A stretch of 64,000 nucleotides of DNA. It comes from a virus. Lineage: Duplodnaviria > Heunggongvirae > Uroviricota > Caudoviricetes. The position numbers and the translations under genes were made by a program. This document shows, piece after piece, positions 10,679 to 19,080 of this stretch. The stretch's first letter is position 1. Each line of letters begins with the position of its first letter. The notes under the pieces were generated by a model, which searched no databases, had not been told where the DNA came from, and saw only the letters and a program-made list of their open reading frames with translations. The stretch lies in the IMG/VR virus record IMGVR_UViG_3300033692_000022. One strand, given 5' to 3'.

Positions 10679-11464
10679 ATGACAGAATCTTTTAAGAAAG
10701 AAATTGAAGACGGAAAATACAGATTAAAGATTGGAAAGCAGGTTCCAGAAGACGATGTTAATATATGTTATCTTGATACCCCTCCTTTAAAATCTACCGA
10801 GAATGTGTATCTTACTGATCTGTCCGAAGGGATAGCAGAAAACAGCTGGGGCGCAAGCAGCAAAGAAAGAACAATGTATTCTGGAGAAGATGGTAAGTTA
10901 TATAATGAATCATTTACAGTAGACAGTGTACCAACTGAAGATGTGCTTGTAACAGATATCTATATGGATCAAGATAACCTTAATGGCCCACTATATTATA
11001 AATACAACCTCTTATATGAACACAGAGACTACACCACAGAGGTTACAGACAATATCAACATACTAAAAGAAGATGGGTCAAAAGTAAGTAAGGAAAGATA
11101 CAAAATTGAATACACCAAAACAGCAGAGGCGACTTACGAGGTCACTCTCTTTTTGTCGTTTAACTCAGATGAAAATAACACATACAGAGTAGAGTACGAC
11201 GCCTTAAATTTCGACAAAATAGTTAAAAGAGACCATACTGAAATACTTAATGCTGAAAAGATATTTAAAGAAACATCTATCAGTGAGGTAAGAGACCATA
11301 GTAATATAGGTAAGAAAATATACGCCAAGAAGGTAGACCAGGAAACAAACGGTTATAATATTTATGTTCCAGTTAAATCTTCAGAGACAGAAGGATCACT
11401 TCACAATAAAGAGATAAATGCTGACCTTCCATTACCATTTAAGTATGAGCAGTTCATTTTGTAA
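10679..11464 (+). CDS. N-terminal segment of a split vWA-domain structural protein (continues in the −1 frame at 11449)
   Basis: 261-aa ORF ending FIL*. The downstream vWA beta-1/MIDAS motif begins in the −1 frame with no start codon (see finding). Confidence 0.5.
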   Translation: MTESFKKEIEDGKYRLKIGKQVPEDDVNICYLDTPPLKSTENVYLTDLSEGIAENSWGASSKERTMYSGEDGKLYNESFTVDSVPTEDVLVTDIYMDQDNLNGPLYYKYNLLYEHRDYTTEVTDNINILKEDGSKVSKERYKIEYTKTAEATYEVTLFLSFNSDENNTYRVEYDALNFDKIVKRDHTEILNAEKIFKETSISEVRDHSNIGKKIYAKKVDQETNGYNIYVPVKSSETEGSLHNKEINADLPLPFKYEQFIL

Positions 11465-13407
11465 TAGATAAGTCTGGTTCTATGAGAGGGGAAGACCCCT
11501 GGAACCCTATGAGAAATGCTGTCAGATACTTTAGAGATTTAGAGAATGTAGACTGTAAGTTTAATGTTACCTATTTCGATAATGATGTTCGTACTGTTTA
11601 CGGTGGTTATGTTAGCCCTTCAACAATACTAGGCTGGAATAACCCTGGTATGGGAGGATCAACAGCTTTCTATGATGCGACCAATGCTGCAGTAAGTAAG
11701 ATGATAAATTATAATAACCTACCAGAAGACCATTCCAAAACTCTTAAAGGATGGAAAAAGGTAATAATAACCATGACTGACGGTCACGACAATGCAAGCA
11801 GCTGGAGACCGCATGATGTAAAAAATAGAGCAGATAAAAACATGGACTCATTAATCTATGGAATTGCCTTTGGTGGCGGGGCGGATACAGGTGCTGTTAA
11901 TGCCATATCACACAAACACAGAAGCGACTCCTCATTGGAGCAGGCTTTTATAGAGATAAGTGAAGAAGTTAAACCGGTACCATTTTCAGACAGGATACTT
12001 GTAGGTTCTGGTCTTGTATCGGAGAACAACAGCCCACTCAAACTAAGACAGTTGATGCTCAATATAACTGATGATATGATGATCGATTCTGTAGAGATAA
12101 CAATGAATGACACCAGTAATGACGTTCACACATTCTTCATGAATGAAAATAACGGCAATAGAGTGGGTACAAGTTTTGACGGCGAGGACCACAGTAAAAT
12201 ATACGCTAAAGACCTCTTGTTTTTCAATGACTCTAAAAGTAGTTGGGAATATGACACAGACAATAGAATATATGTTTACGCCGAGACTGACAAAAAGACA
12301 AGAATATACTCAAGGCAGTATGATGTAAAGATGAAGGAAAGCAAGGGTATATATGCAAGAATGCCAGACATAGATAACATATTCAAAAACTGGTATTTAG
12401 AAGTTCATAACGGCAGGTTCAATACTGAAGTAGTATCTGGAGATGAGATATACAGCTATAATTACTACCTACCAGAATACGAAAGACAATTAAGTGTTAC
12501 CGATGGCAACAACTCTATTAGGGTAAACCAAGAGATTCCAGAAATAATTGATAGAAACCAGCTAAAGCTGGCCCATAAGCCACTTGAAGTAATATCTGAA
12601 AGAGTAGACGGAAAAAGAAATATAAAAAATATAACAGTTAAGCAGGACGAACAGGAGATAGAAATTGAAGACTTCAATGCTGAAGGCGGAATACTGTTCT
12701 TAAAAGATAATATAGATCATACCAAAGATGTCAGAGTTAGTTATTCATACACTAATGAGTGGTATACCTATAAAGGATACTACGATGAAAAGAGAGATAA
12801 ATTTGTATCACTTGACTTAAATCCATTTAATGGTCATAAATACACCAAGAAGTTAGGTAACAATACTTATGTTGAAGAAGACACAAGAGACTTATTCAAT
12901 AAAGTTATCTACCTATATTTAAGACCCGCAGATACAACCAAGAAAAGACCAGGCCGGCCTTATGAAATAGTTTTAGGTAGTAAAAATGATTACACTATAT
13001 TCCATACAATAGGACATAAGTTAAGCGAGTCTGACAGTATGTATTCTGAAAATGTAAAAGAATTAGCCATGATATATCTAAAACCAAACTCTACACAGGA
13101 AGATATATCAGTCATAGATGGCAGAAAAAGAGGCGGCGGCCTAAAGGAAACCATAAACCAGGAGATTATCGAACAGATTAATCCAGAGTCTAATTACTAT
13201 TGGGATATCGGATACTTAGACGGTAAAGCATACCCTGGCAACTCTGTAATAATAGTCAAGCTACCCAAAGAGATATTAAAAGATTATGGAGGCAAATTTG
13301 AAACACAGGAAGTAGAAGAAATAATAGATGAACACATAGCTTATGGATCTTACTTTATCATTGAATATATAGATGACGAAGACTTCATAAGTGATTACGA
13401 GCTCTAG
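11449..13407 (+). CDS. von Willebrand factor A (vWA/MIDAS) domain virion protein. The frame is open from 11449, and the ORF track starts it at ATG 11482, which lies inside the domain.
   Basis: Translation from 11449 gives AVHFVIDKSGSMRGED...GGSTAFYDATNAAVSKM...KKVIITMTDGHDNAS. This contains the DxSxS, T and D residues of a MIDAS site. No ATG/GTG/TTG precedes the DKSGSM motif in this frame. Confidence 0.6.
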   Translation, partial: AVHFVIDKSGSMRGEDPWNPMRNAVRYFRDLENVDCKFNVTYFDNDVRTVYGGYVSPSTILGWNNPGMGGSTAFYDATNAAVSKMINYNNLPEDHSKTLKGWKKVIITMTDGHDNASSWRPHDVKNRADKNMDSLIYGIAFGGGADTGAVNAISHKHRSDSSLEQAFIEISEEVKPVPFSDRILVGSGLVSENNSPLKLRQLMLNITDDMMIDSVEITMNDTSNDVHTFFMNENNGNRVGTSFDGEDHSKIYAKDLLFFNDSKSSWEYDTDNRIYVYAETDKKTRIYSRQYDVKMKESKGIYARMPDIDNIFKNWYLEVHNGRFNTEVVSGDEIYSYNYYLPEYERQLSVTDGNNSIRVNQEIPEIIDRNQLKLAHKPLEVISERVDGKRNIKNITVKQDEQEIEIEDFNAEGGILFLKDNIDHTKDVRVSYSYTNEWYTYKGYYDEKRDKFVSLDLNPFNGHKYTKKLGNNTYVEEDTRDLFNKVIYLYLRPADTTKKRPGRPYEIVLGSKNDYTIFHTIGHKLSESDSMYSENVKELAMIYLKPNSTQEDISVIDGRKRGGGLKETINQEIIEQINPESNYYWDIGYLDGKAYPGNSVIIVKLPKEILKDYGGKFETQEVEEIIDEHIAYGSYFIIEYIDDEDFISDYEL

Positions 13408-13810
13408 AAAGGAGGATTCAATGCCTAAAAGCGACTATCCAAACAATATAGATAGATTCCCTAAAGCGATAGCAAATTCTGATGGGGTGGTCGATTTAAC
13501 CCCTGAAAACTTAAATAAAATACAGGAAGCTATAATGTCAGTACAAAATGAGTTAGGGGTAGAACCAAGTAAAGATAAAGAAGATGTCAGGTCAGTGCTC
13601 GAAAATATAATAGATACTAAAGTAACTAAAGGCACTCCGATGAATCTGAATATGGAGTTAGTTGAAGATGAGAACGGAGATCAGGTTATAGATTTATCAT
13701 TTTCATACGTAGACAACAAAAATTTAGAGTATTTTATTCTGGAAGTATGGGATGAAGAACGACAAAAATACGTACCCTATGATAATAAATTAGGGGTAAT
13801 AAGAAAGTAG
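13391..13810 (+). CDS. Hypothetical virion protein
   Basis: 139-aa ORF with ribosome-binding site AAGGAGGATTCAATG. No recognisable motif. Confidence 0.3.
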   Translation: MITSSRKEDSMPKSDYPNNIDRFPKAIANSDGVVDLTPENLNKIQEAIMSVQNELGVEPSKDKEDVRSVLENIIDTKVTKGTPMNLNMELVEDENGDQVIDLSFSYVDNKNLEYFILEVWDEERQKYVPYDNKLGVIRK

Positions 13811-13818
13811 GTGCTTAC

Positions 13819-14241
13819 ATGGAAGATTTAACTATTAAAAATCTGGATGCTAAAAAAATAAGGTTAAAATTTGGTGATGAAGCTATAGTAGCAACCAGGA
13901 AAAAATTAAATACAAAGCATGTAGGTGCCAAAAGGGTACGCATAAGAGCAGTAATCAATGGAGACAAAAAAGAATTTTGTTATTTTGGGAGGTTCAAACT
14001 CCCTGTAAAGGATAAAAACAAAGTTAGAATCAAAGGCAACAATGGTCAGTGGGTTGAAGGAAAAACGATCAACCTGCTCAAACCACCTACTATATCTTCT
14101 TCTACAGTAAGAAAACCATATTCTCCAAATCTTCAAGTGGAGGTGATTAATACTCCAATAAGGCCAGACACCCTATCTGTTTATAATGAAAAAGTATTGC
14201 AGCACCCCAGAAAAATAGAAACAAGTACCAAAAAAATATAA
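13819..14241 (+). CDS. Hypothetical basic virion protein
   Basis: 140-aa ORF, Lys/Arg-rich, with a TACATGG start context. Confidence 0.3.
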   Translation: MEDLTIKNLDAKKIRLKFGDEAIVATRKKLNTKHVGAKRVRIRAVINGDKKEFCYFGRFKLPVKDKNKVRIKGNNGQWVEGKTINLLKPPTISSSTVRKPYSPNLQVEVINTPIRPDTLSVYNEKVLQHPRKIETSTKKI

Positions 14242-14253
14242 GGAGTTGGTAAT

Positions 14254-15459
14254 ATGCCAAAAAGAACAAAATTAGTATTTGATAGAAACAGTGATGACAC
14301 ACAAAAGTACAATGTCTACAGAGGCAACCAGACAGGAGTTACAAGTTCTTCTGAGCTTGTAATGGAAATTTCCCAGCCAGCAGCACAGTCTGTTATTAAA
14401 GATGTAGTTGGAGAAACTCTTAGTGCAGACGCAGAATTTTTAGTCTATACAGCTGGTCACAAAAATATAATAAACGATGGAACAAATTATCCAGTTACAG
14501 TTTATGTTAATGGGACAGAACAAACAACAGGATTCACCATTAACTATTTACTCGGTAAAGTTACATTTGATGTAGCTTTAACAGTAAATGATGTAATTAC
14601 AATGGATTACAGTTATGACGCGGTAGAGGTTTTAGATGATGACGGTACACAGACTAATGTAACATTCTTAGGAACAGTAGCACAAGACTTAGCTGCTCCA
14701 GATATTCCTGCAAACCCAGGCATAGTTGGAGACGACGCCAATAACAAAGCGATAGTATCATGGGATGGAGTATTAGCAGATAACGGAAGTCAGTACTTTT
14801 ACAAAGTAGAAGCAGAAGATGAGGTAGGAAATAAATCTACATTAACTGCAGAAGTAGCAGCAGTATTAACTGAGGGACTTCATGCAAACCCTTATGTTCT
14901 TGAGAAATCAGAAGACGGAGGAAACACCTGGAGTATAGTAGGAGAATTTAGTACTACTTCCTATGAGGAGACAGGAGTAGATACTACTGCACCAGATGGA
15001 GTGGCTTCTTTAGTATCTACAGTTACAGAAGTTGGAGATCCATTAAAACCAGCTGTTCAGCTTACATGGCAAAACCCTGCTGATGACAATGAAACAATGT
15101 CTCTGACTTATAGAGTTAAATCACAGGATGCTAATGGGAATGTTTCTAGTCCAGGAGCTGCAGTTGGACCGGTTCCAGTATCAACAGGACTTAAAAGAGT
15201 ATTCATTAAGCGTAAGGTAGATGACGGAACTTACCCAACTAATAACGATACCTCTCTTGTAGTATTCGATTCTACAGATTTCACAAATCAATCTTTTGTT
15301 GATTTAGATGTAGCAGAAGATACAATATACAACTACTCAGTTTTTGTTGAAGATAATGCAGCGAACGTATCGGTTGCGGCTACAGTTCAGGCTTCAGTTG
15401 GAGACTTCACTGCTCCTGAAACAGTAACTGGATTAGCAGCTGAGGAAGTAACTATATAA
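14254..15459 (+). CDS. FN3/Ig-like repeat structural protein, possibly an abundant tail or decoration protein
   Basis: It carries several fibronectin-III-like modules (QYFYKVEAEDEVGNKSTL; LTYRVKSQDANGNVSSPG). A strong GC hairpin terminator follows, and its N-terminus is paralogous to the next gene. Ribosome-binding site AAGGAGTTGGTAATATG. Confidence 0.4.
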   Translation: MPKRTKLVFDRNSDDTQKYNVYRGNQTGVTSSSELVMEISQPAAQSVIKDVVGETLSADAEFLVYTAGHKNIINDGTNYPVTVYVNGTEQTTGFTINYLLGKVTFDVALTVNDVITMDYSYDAVEVLDDDGTQTNVTFLGTVAQDLAAPDIPANPGIVGDDANNKAIVSWDGVLADNGSQYFYKVEAEDEVGNKSTLTAEVAAVLTEGLHANPYVLEKSEDGGNTWSIVGEFSTTSYEETGVDTTAPDGVASLVSTVTEVGDPLKPAVQLTWQNPADDNETMSLTYRVKSQDANGNVSSPGAAVGPVPVSTGLKRVFIKRKVDDGTYPTNNDTSLVVFDSTDFTNQSFVDLDVAEDTIYNYSVFVEDNAANVSVAATVQASVGDFTAPETVTGLAAEEVTI

Positions 15460-15472
15460 TACTAAATAAATA

Positions 15473-15492
15473 GGCGGGGGCTTCCCCGCCTT
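15473..15492 (+). terminator. Rho-independent-like terminator hairpin (GGCGGGG-gctt-CCCCGCC)
   Basis: A 7–8 bp all-GC stem directly after the stop of the FN3-repeat gene, followed by a short TT. Confidence 0.5.
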
Positions 15493-15515
15493 AAGATACA
15501 TAAAGGAGTGATAAA

Positions 15516-16055
15516 ATGCCACTAGGTATAAGAATTTCATGGAATAAAAACAATGATGACACAGTAGAATACGGAGTCTGGAGGAGAACAGAGTCAACAG
15601 AACTCTCAGAAATAACAAGAGTGCCTCAACCTACAGATCAAACTAGCCCATCTTATAACGATGAAAATATAGATATAGCGGATCCAACAGCGCCTGGTAT
15701 TACAATAAATAGACCAACGACCACAAGTGCAACTGTAGAGATAACAACAGTATCTACAGATGCAGCAAATCCTGTTTATTACTATTCAATAAAATCATAT
15801 GATGAGGCCGGCAACAGCTCACCATTGTGTCCAGAGGTAAGTCTGCAGCCTTCAAATGCAATAGATAGATATGAATGGACACTAATAAATGATGCAGATT
15901 CAAGCACAGTAGACAGTGGAGTAATAGACCCACTTAATCCAGTATCAGCAGAGACAACACTAACAGCTGGAGAAACTTATCATTACGAAGTTAAAGCTGT
16001 AGATCTTGACGGAAACGAAAGTACATTAACTTCATCCGAGCCATTTACAGTATAA
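15516..16055 (+). CDS. FN3-like structural protein, paralog of the 14254 gene N-terminus
   Basis: ISWNKNNDDTVEYGVWRR aligns with FDRNSDDTQKYNVYRG of the upstream gene. YYYSIKSYDEAGNSSPL is an FN3-like strand motif. Confidence 0.4.
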   Translation: MPLGIRISWNKNNDDTVEYGVWRRTESTELSEITRVPQPTDQTSPSYNDENIDIADPTAPGITINRPTTTSATVEITTVSTDAANPVYYYSIKSYDEAGNSSPLCPEVSLQPSNAIDRYEWTLINDADSSTVDSGVIDPLNPVSAETTLTAGETYHYEVKAVDLDGNESTLTSSEPFTV

Positions 16056-16069
16056 GAGAGGTGAAATAA

Positions 16070-16615
16070 TTGACTACAGAATTTGAAAGACACTATGATA
16101 ATATAGGAGAAATTATAGATGCTCAAGACGTCAATGAGCTGCAAGATGTAATAAATATCAATGAACAAAATATCCAGATGTTAAGAGATGTTGATTTCGA
16201 AGATTTTTCCCTTTGGCTACTTAAAAACAGGGAGGAATTCAATCGTTTATGGATAGATACATTCAATGACAAGACTAAGATAGATGAAGTTGAAAGCTCA
16301 AAATTAATATACCTACCTAAAGATAGAATGGTAAAAGTCAGGAGAGATCAGGATTTTGCAGAGCTTTATTCTAAAGCCTATAATGATGATGAAAATATAA
16401 ATAGAGCTATCCTGCTAACACAGACCGCGGTGCATAATAGTGAAGATTTAATAAAATTTCAAATATCTATTAATGGTATGTCTTTTGAGGATATACAACC
16501 TAACGAGTTATTCGAGCCTGATAATATAGGTAATAGTTTTAAGTTAAAAGCGCTGTTTAACAAAGATAGTGAGAAAGGACCAGAGCTCTACAGATGGGCT
16601 TTGCTCTGGGGATAA
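16070..16615 (+). CDS. Hypothetical protein (TTG start)
   Basis: 181-aa ORF with GAGGTGAAATAATTG ribosome-binding site spacing. Confidence 0.3.
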   Translation: MTTEFERHYDNIGEIIDAQDVNELQDVININEQNIQMLRDVDFEDFSLWLLKNREEFNRLWIDTFNDKTKIDEVESSKLIYLPKDRMVKVRRDQDFAELYSKAYNDDENINRAILLTQTAVHNSEDLIKFQISINGMSFEDIQPNELFEPDNIGNSFKLKALFNKDSEKGPELYRWALLWG

Positions 16616-16638
16616 TATATTAAGGAAGGAGTGAAGGA

Positions 16639-17529
16639 ATGCCTCGGATACAAAAACTTATAGATGGTACATTTAAAAAAGTTGACAATAAAAGAGAAAG
16701 AGAACTACATGAAAAAATCGACCAGGAGATATTAGAAAGAATATCTGAAGATGATCGGATAGAGGATAAATTCACTAAAATAACAAATGATTTAGAGATA
16801 GATATAGATAATGTAGAAGAAGCACTTAACCAATTTATAATTGAACAAAATAATATAAATGATGAACTTAAAGATGAAATAGATACAGAAAGAAGTCAAA
16901 GACTTGAGGCAGATGACACACTCCAGTCCAATATAGATTCTGAAGAGAATGCTCGTAAATCAGAAGATCAAGCAATAAGGAATGCGATACAGAACGAAGC
17001 AGAAGAAAGAGCCTACGAAGACCAAAAACTTCATAATAAAATAGATGATGAGATATATGACAGAGAACAGGCAGATATAGAACTCAATGAAGTTATCAAC
17101 ACTGAAAGGTCCGAAAGAATAGAAGCTATAAACGATCTCGATTCCAGGCTAAGGCAGGAGATTGTTGATAGAGAAGACGCTGATAATTCTTTAGAGAAAA
17201 AAATAGAGCGCGAGACAAACGAAAGAAAACTTGATGTTAGAATCCTTAATCATAGAACAGATGAAGATACCATTCTTACAAATATGATAATGGATCTTGA
17301 CAGTGAGCTCCAATCTGAGACTAATGCAAGAGAAGCAGAAGACCAAGCACTGCATGCTAAGATAAACCAAGAAATAGCCGATAGAGAAAGTGATGTCTCA
17401 ACTCTTACAACAAATCTCGACAATGAAATACAAACTAGAGTGTCTGAAGTTAATAGACTTGATCAGAGAATAGATGATCATACTGATTCCAACAACTCAG
17501 ATCCGACAATAATCTACAGACTCAAATAG
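16639..17529 (+). CDS. Tail fiber coiled-coil repeat protein, N-terminal part of a split gene
   Basis: Acidic heptad-like repeats (LQSNIDSEENARKSEDQAIRNAIQNEAEERAYEDQ...). The same repeat continues in the −1 frame from 17487. Confidence 0.5.
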   Translation: MPRIQKLIDGTFKKVDNKRERELHEKIDQEILERISEDDRIEDKFTKITNDLEIDIDNVEEALNQFIIEQNNINDELKDEIDTERSQRLEADDTLQSNIDSEENARKSEDQAIRNAIQNEAEERAYEDQKLHNKIDDEIYDREQADIELNEVINTERSERIEAINDLDSRLRQEIVDREDADNSLEKKIERETNERKLDVRILNHRTDEDTILTNMIMDLDSELQSETNAREAEDQALHAKINQEIADRESDVSTLTTNLDNEIQTRVSEVNRLDQRIDDHTDSNNSDPTIIYRLK

Positions 17530-19064
17530 ATGAACTTGATACTATGCTATCGGATGAAGAAACTACAAGGTTTAATGCCGATAAGGCCTTGAGGGATGAC
17601 CTTGACGCTGAAGAGGCAGCAAGAATAGCCGGGGACAACAACCTACAGAACACAATAGACCAGTCAATAGATAATCTTCTGGCCAGAGAATTCTACGGGG
17701 TCGCAGAAGAGACACTCGGAACAGTAACTACTACAACATATGACTTAAATACATCTCAGGAAATAGTACAGGATGTAAGATATTTTGTAGTAATGAATAA
17801 TGACGGCACAGAGGTTATTGGAGATAGCGGCAGTCCAGTTAGTGTTGTAGACATATCTAATAAAACTATCACTTTTAGTGAAACTCCTAATCAAGATGTT
17901 GTTGTTCAGTTCGCAATCAAAAAAACATTAGGCACACTGCCTGCGGACGCACTAATAACTTATGATACCGTAGGTACTAAATTAGATGCAGATATTACCG
18001 AAGTTATAGGGGCCGCGTATTATGATGGGCGAAAGAATGTAGCAGATAACTTCTCACTGGATGTAAGAATAGAAAACGAGATAGAAGATAGAACCAACGC
18101 TGATAATTCTCTCCAAAGCAATATAGACTCTGAAGAGGCGGCAAGAATAGCAGCTGATAATACACTGCAGGATAATATAGATGCAGAAGAGGCGGCTAGG
18201 ATAGCAGCAGATAACGCCTTAGAGCAGACTATTGAAGACGAGGTACAAACAGCAATCACTCAGCTTCAGGCAGATATAGCGGCGGAAGAACAGGCCAGAA
18301 TAGATGCCGATAATGAACTGCGTAACACTATAGAAAATGAAGTCCAAACTGCAATAACACAAATGGAAGAAGACCTTGCGGCGGAAACAGCAGCCAGACA
18401 GCAGCAGATAGCAGACCTACAGGAACAAATAGATAATGATATACAGATAGCCATTGACCAGATGCAGTCAGATCTACAGGCCGAAAAGACAGCCAGACAA
18501 AATGCCGACGACGCATTACAGGCTCAAATAGATACACTTAATACTGAAGTAGCTTCTAAGTTTGATGACCTATATGATGACTTCTATGCTCACCACCACG
18601 ATTCTCAGTACGTAAATCAAGACGGAGACGAAATGACAGGAGACTTAAGTTTCTCTGCCGGTAAAGGAATAGAGTGGTATGAGAATACTGATGGGGCTGA
18701 AATCAAGTTTAACAGTGATAGCGATAGCGCCCAACAGTCTAATCTTGAGTTTAGAGTAAGAGACAACATGGATGAAGGCTTTAAGTTTATAGCATATAAC
18801 GATGGTGTAGACGTAGACGGCATAGAGCTAATGTATATGAATAAAGATAACTTTGATTATCGCGGCCATGAAATCTGGCATGCAGGAAACGATAGCCACA
18901 ACTCAGGTTTAAATGCAGATATGGTCGACGGAGAACACAAAACAGAAGTTAAAGATAATGCTAGAAAACAAACAAATGAATTGAGATTAGAGACTAGAAC
19001 TTCTGATCCAGCAAATGCTGAGGTGGGTAGAATATGGTTAAGAACAGACTTAGTACCAGAGTAA
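17487..19064 (+). CDS. Tail fiber coiled-coil repeat protein, C-terminal part, ending in a DGDEMTGDL-type fiber tip domain. The frame is open from 17487 and the track ATG is at 17544.
   Basis: Repeats DNSLQSNIDSEEAARIAADNTLQDNIDAEEAARIAADNALEQ are followed by HHHDSQYVNQDGDEMTGDLSF, a motif recurrent in phage fiber distal domains. Confidence 0.5.
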   Translation, partial: FQQLRSDNNLQTQIDELDTMLSDEETTRFNADKALRDDLDAEEAARIAGDNNLQNTIDQSIDNLLAREFYGVAEETLGTVTTTTYDLNTSQEIVQDVRYFVVMNNDGTEVIGDSGSPVSVVDISNKTITFSETPNQDVVVQFAIKKTLGTLPADALITYDTVGTKLDADITEVIGAAYYDGRKNVADNFSLDVRIENEIEDRTNADNSLQSNIDSEEAARIAADNTLQDNIDAEEAARIAADNALEQTIEDEVQTAITQLQADIAAEEQARIDADNELRNTIENEVQTAITQMEEDLAAETAARQQQIADLQEQIDNDIQIAIDQMQSDLQAEKTARQNADDALQAQIDTLNTEVASKFDDLYDDFYAHHHDSQYVNQDGDEMTGDLSFSAGKGIEWYENTDGAEIKFNSDSDSAQQSNLEFRVRDNMDEGFKFIAYNDGVDVDGIELMYMNKDNFDYRGHEIWHAGNDSHNSGLNADMVDGEHKTEVKDNARKQTNELRLETRTSDPANAEVGRIWLRTDLVPE

Positions 19065-19080
19065 TGGAGGTGAATTATAG

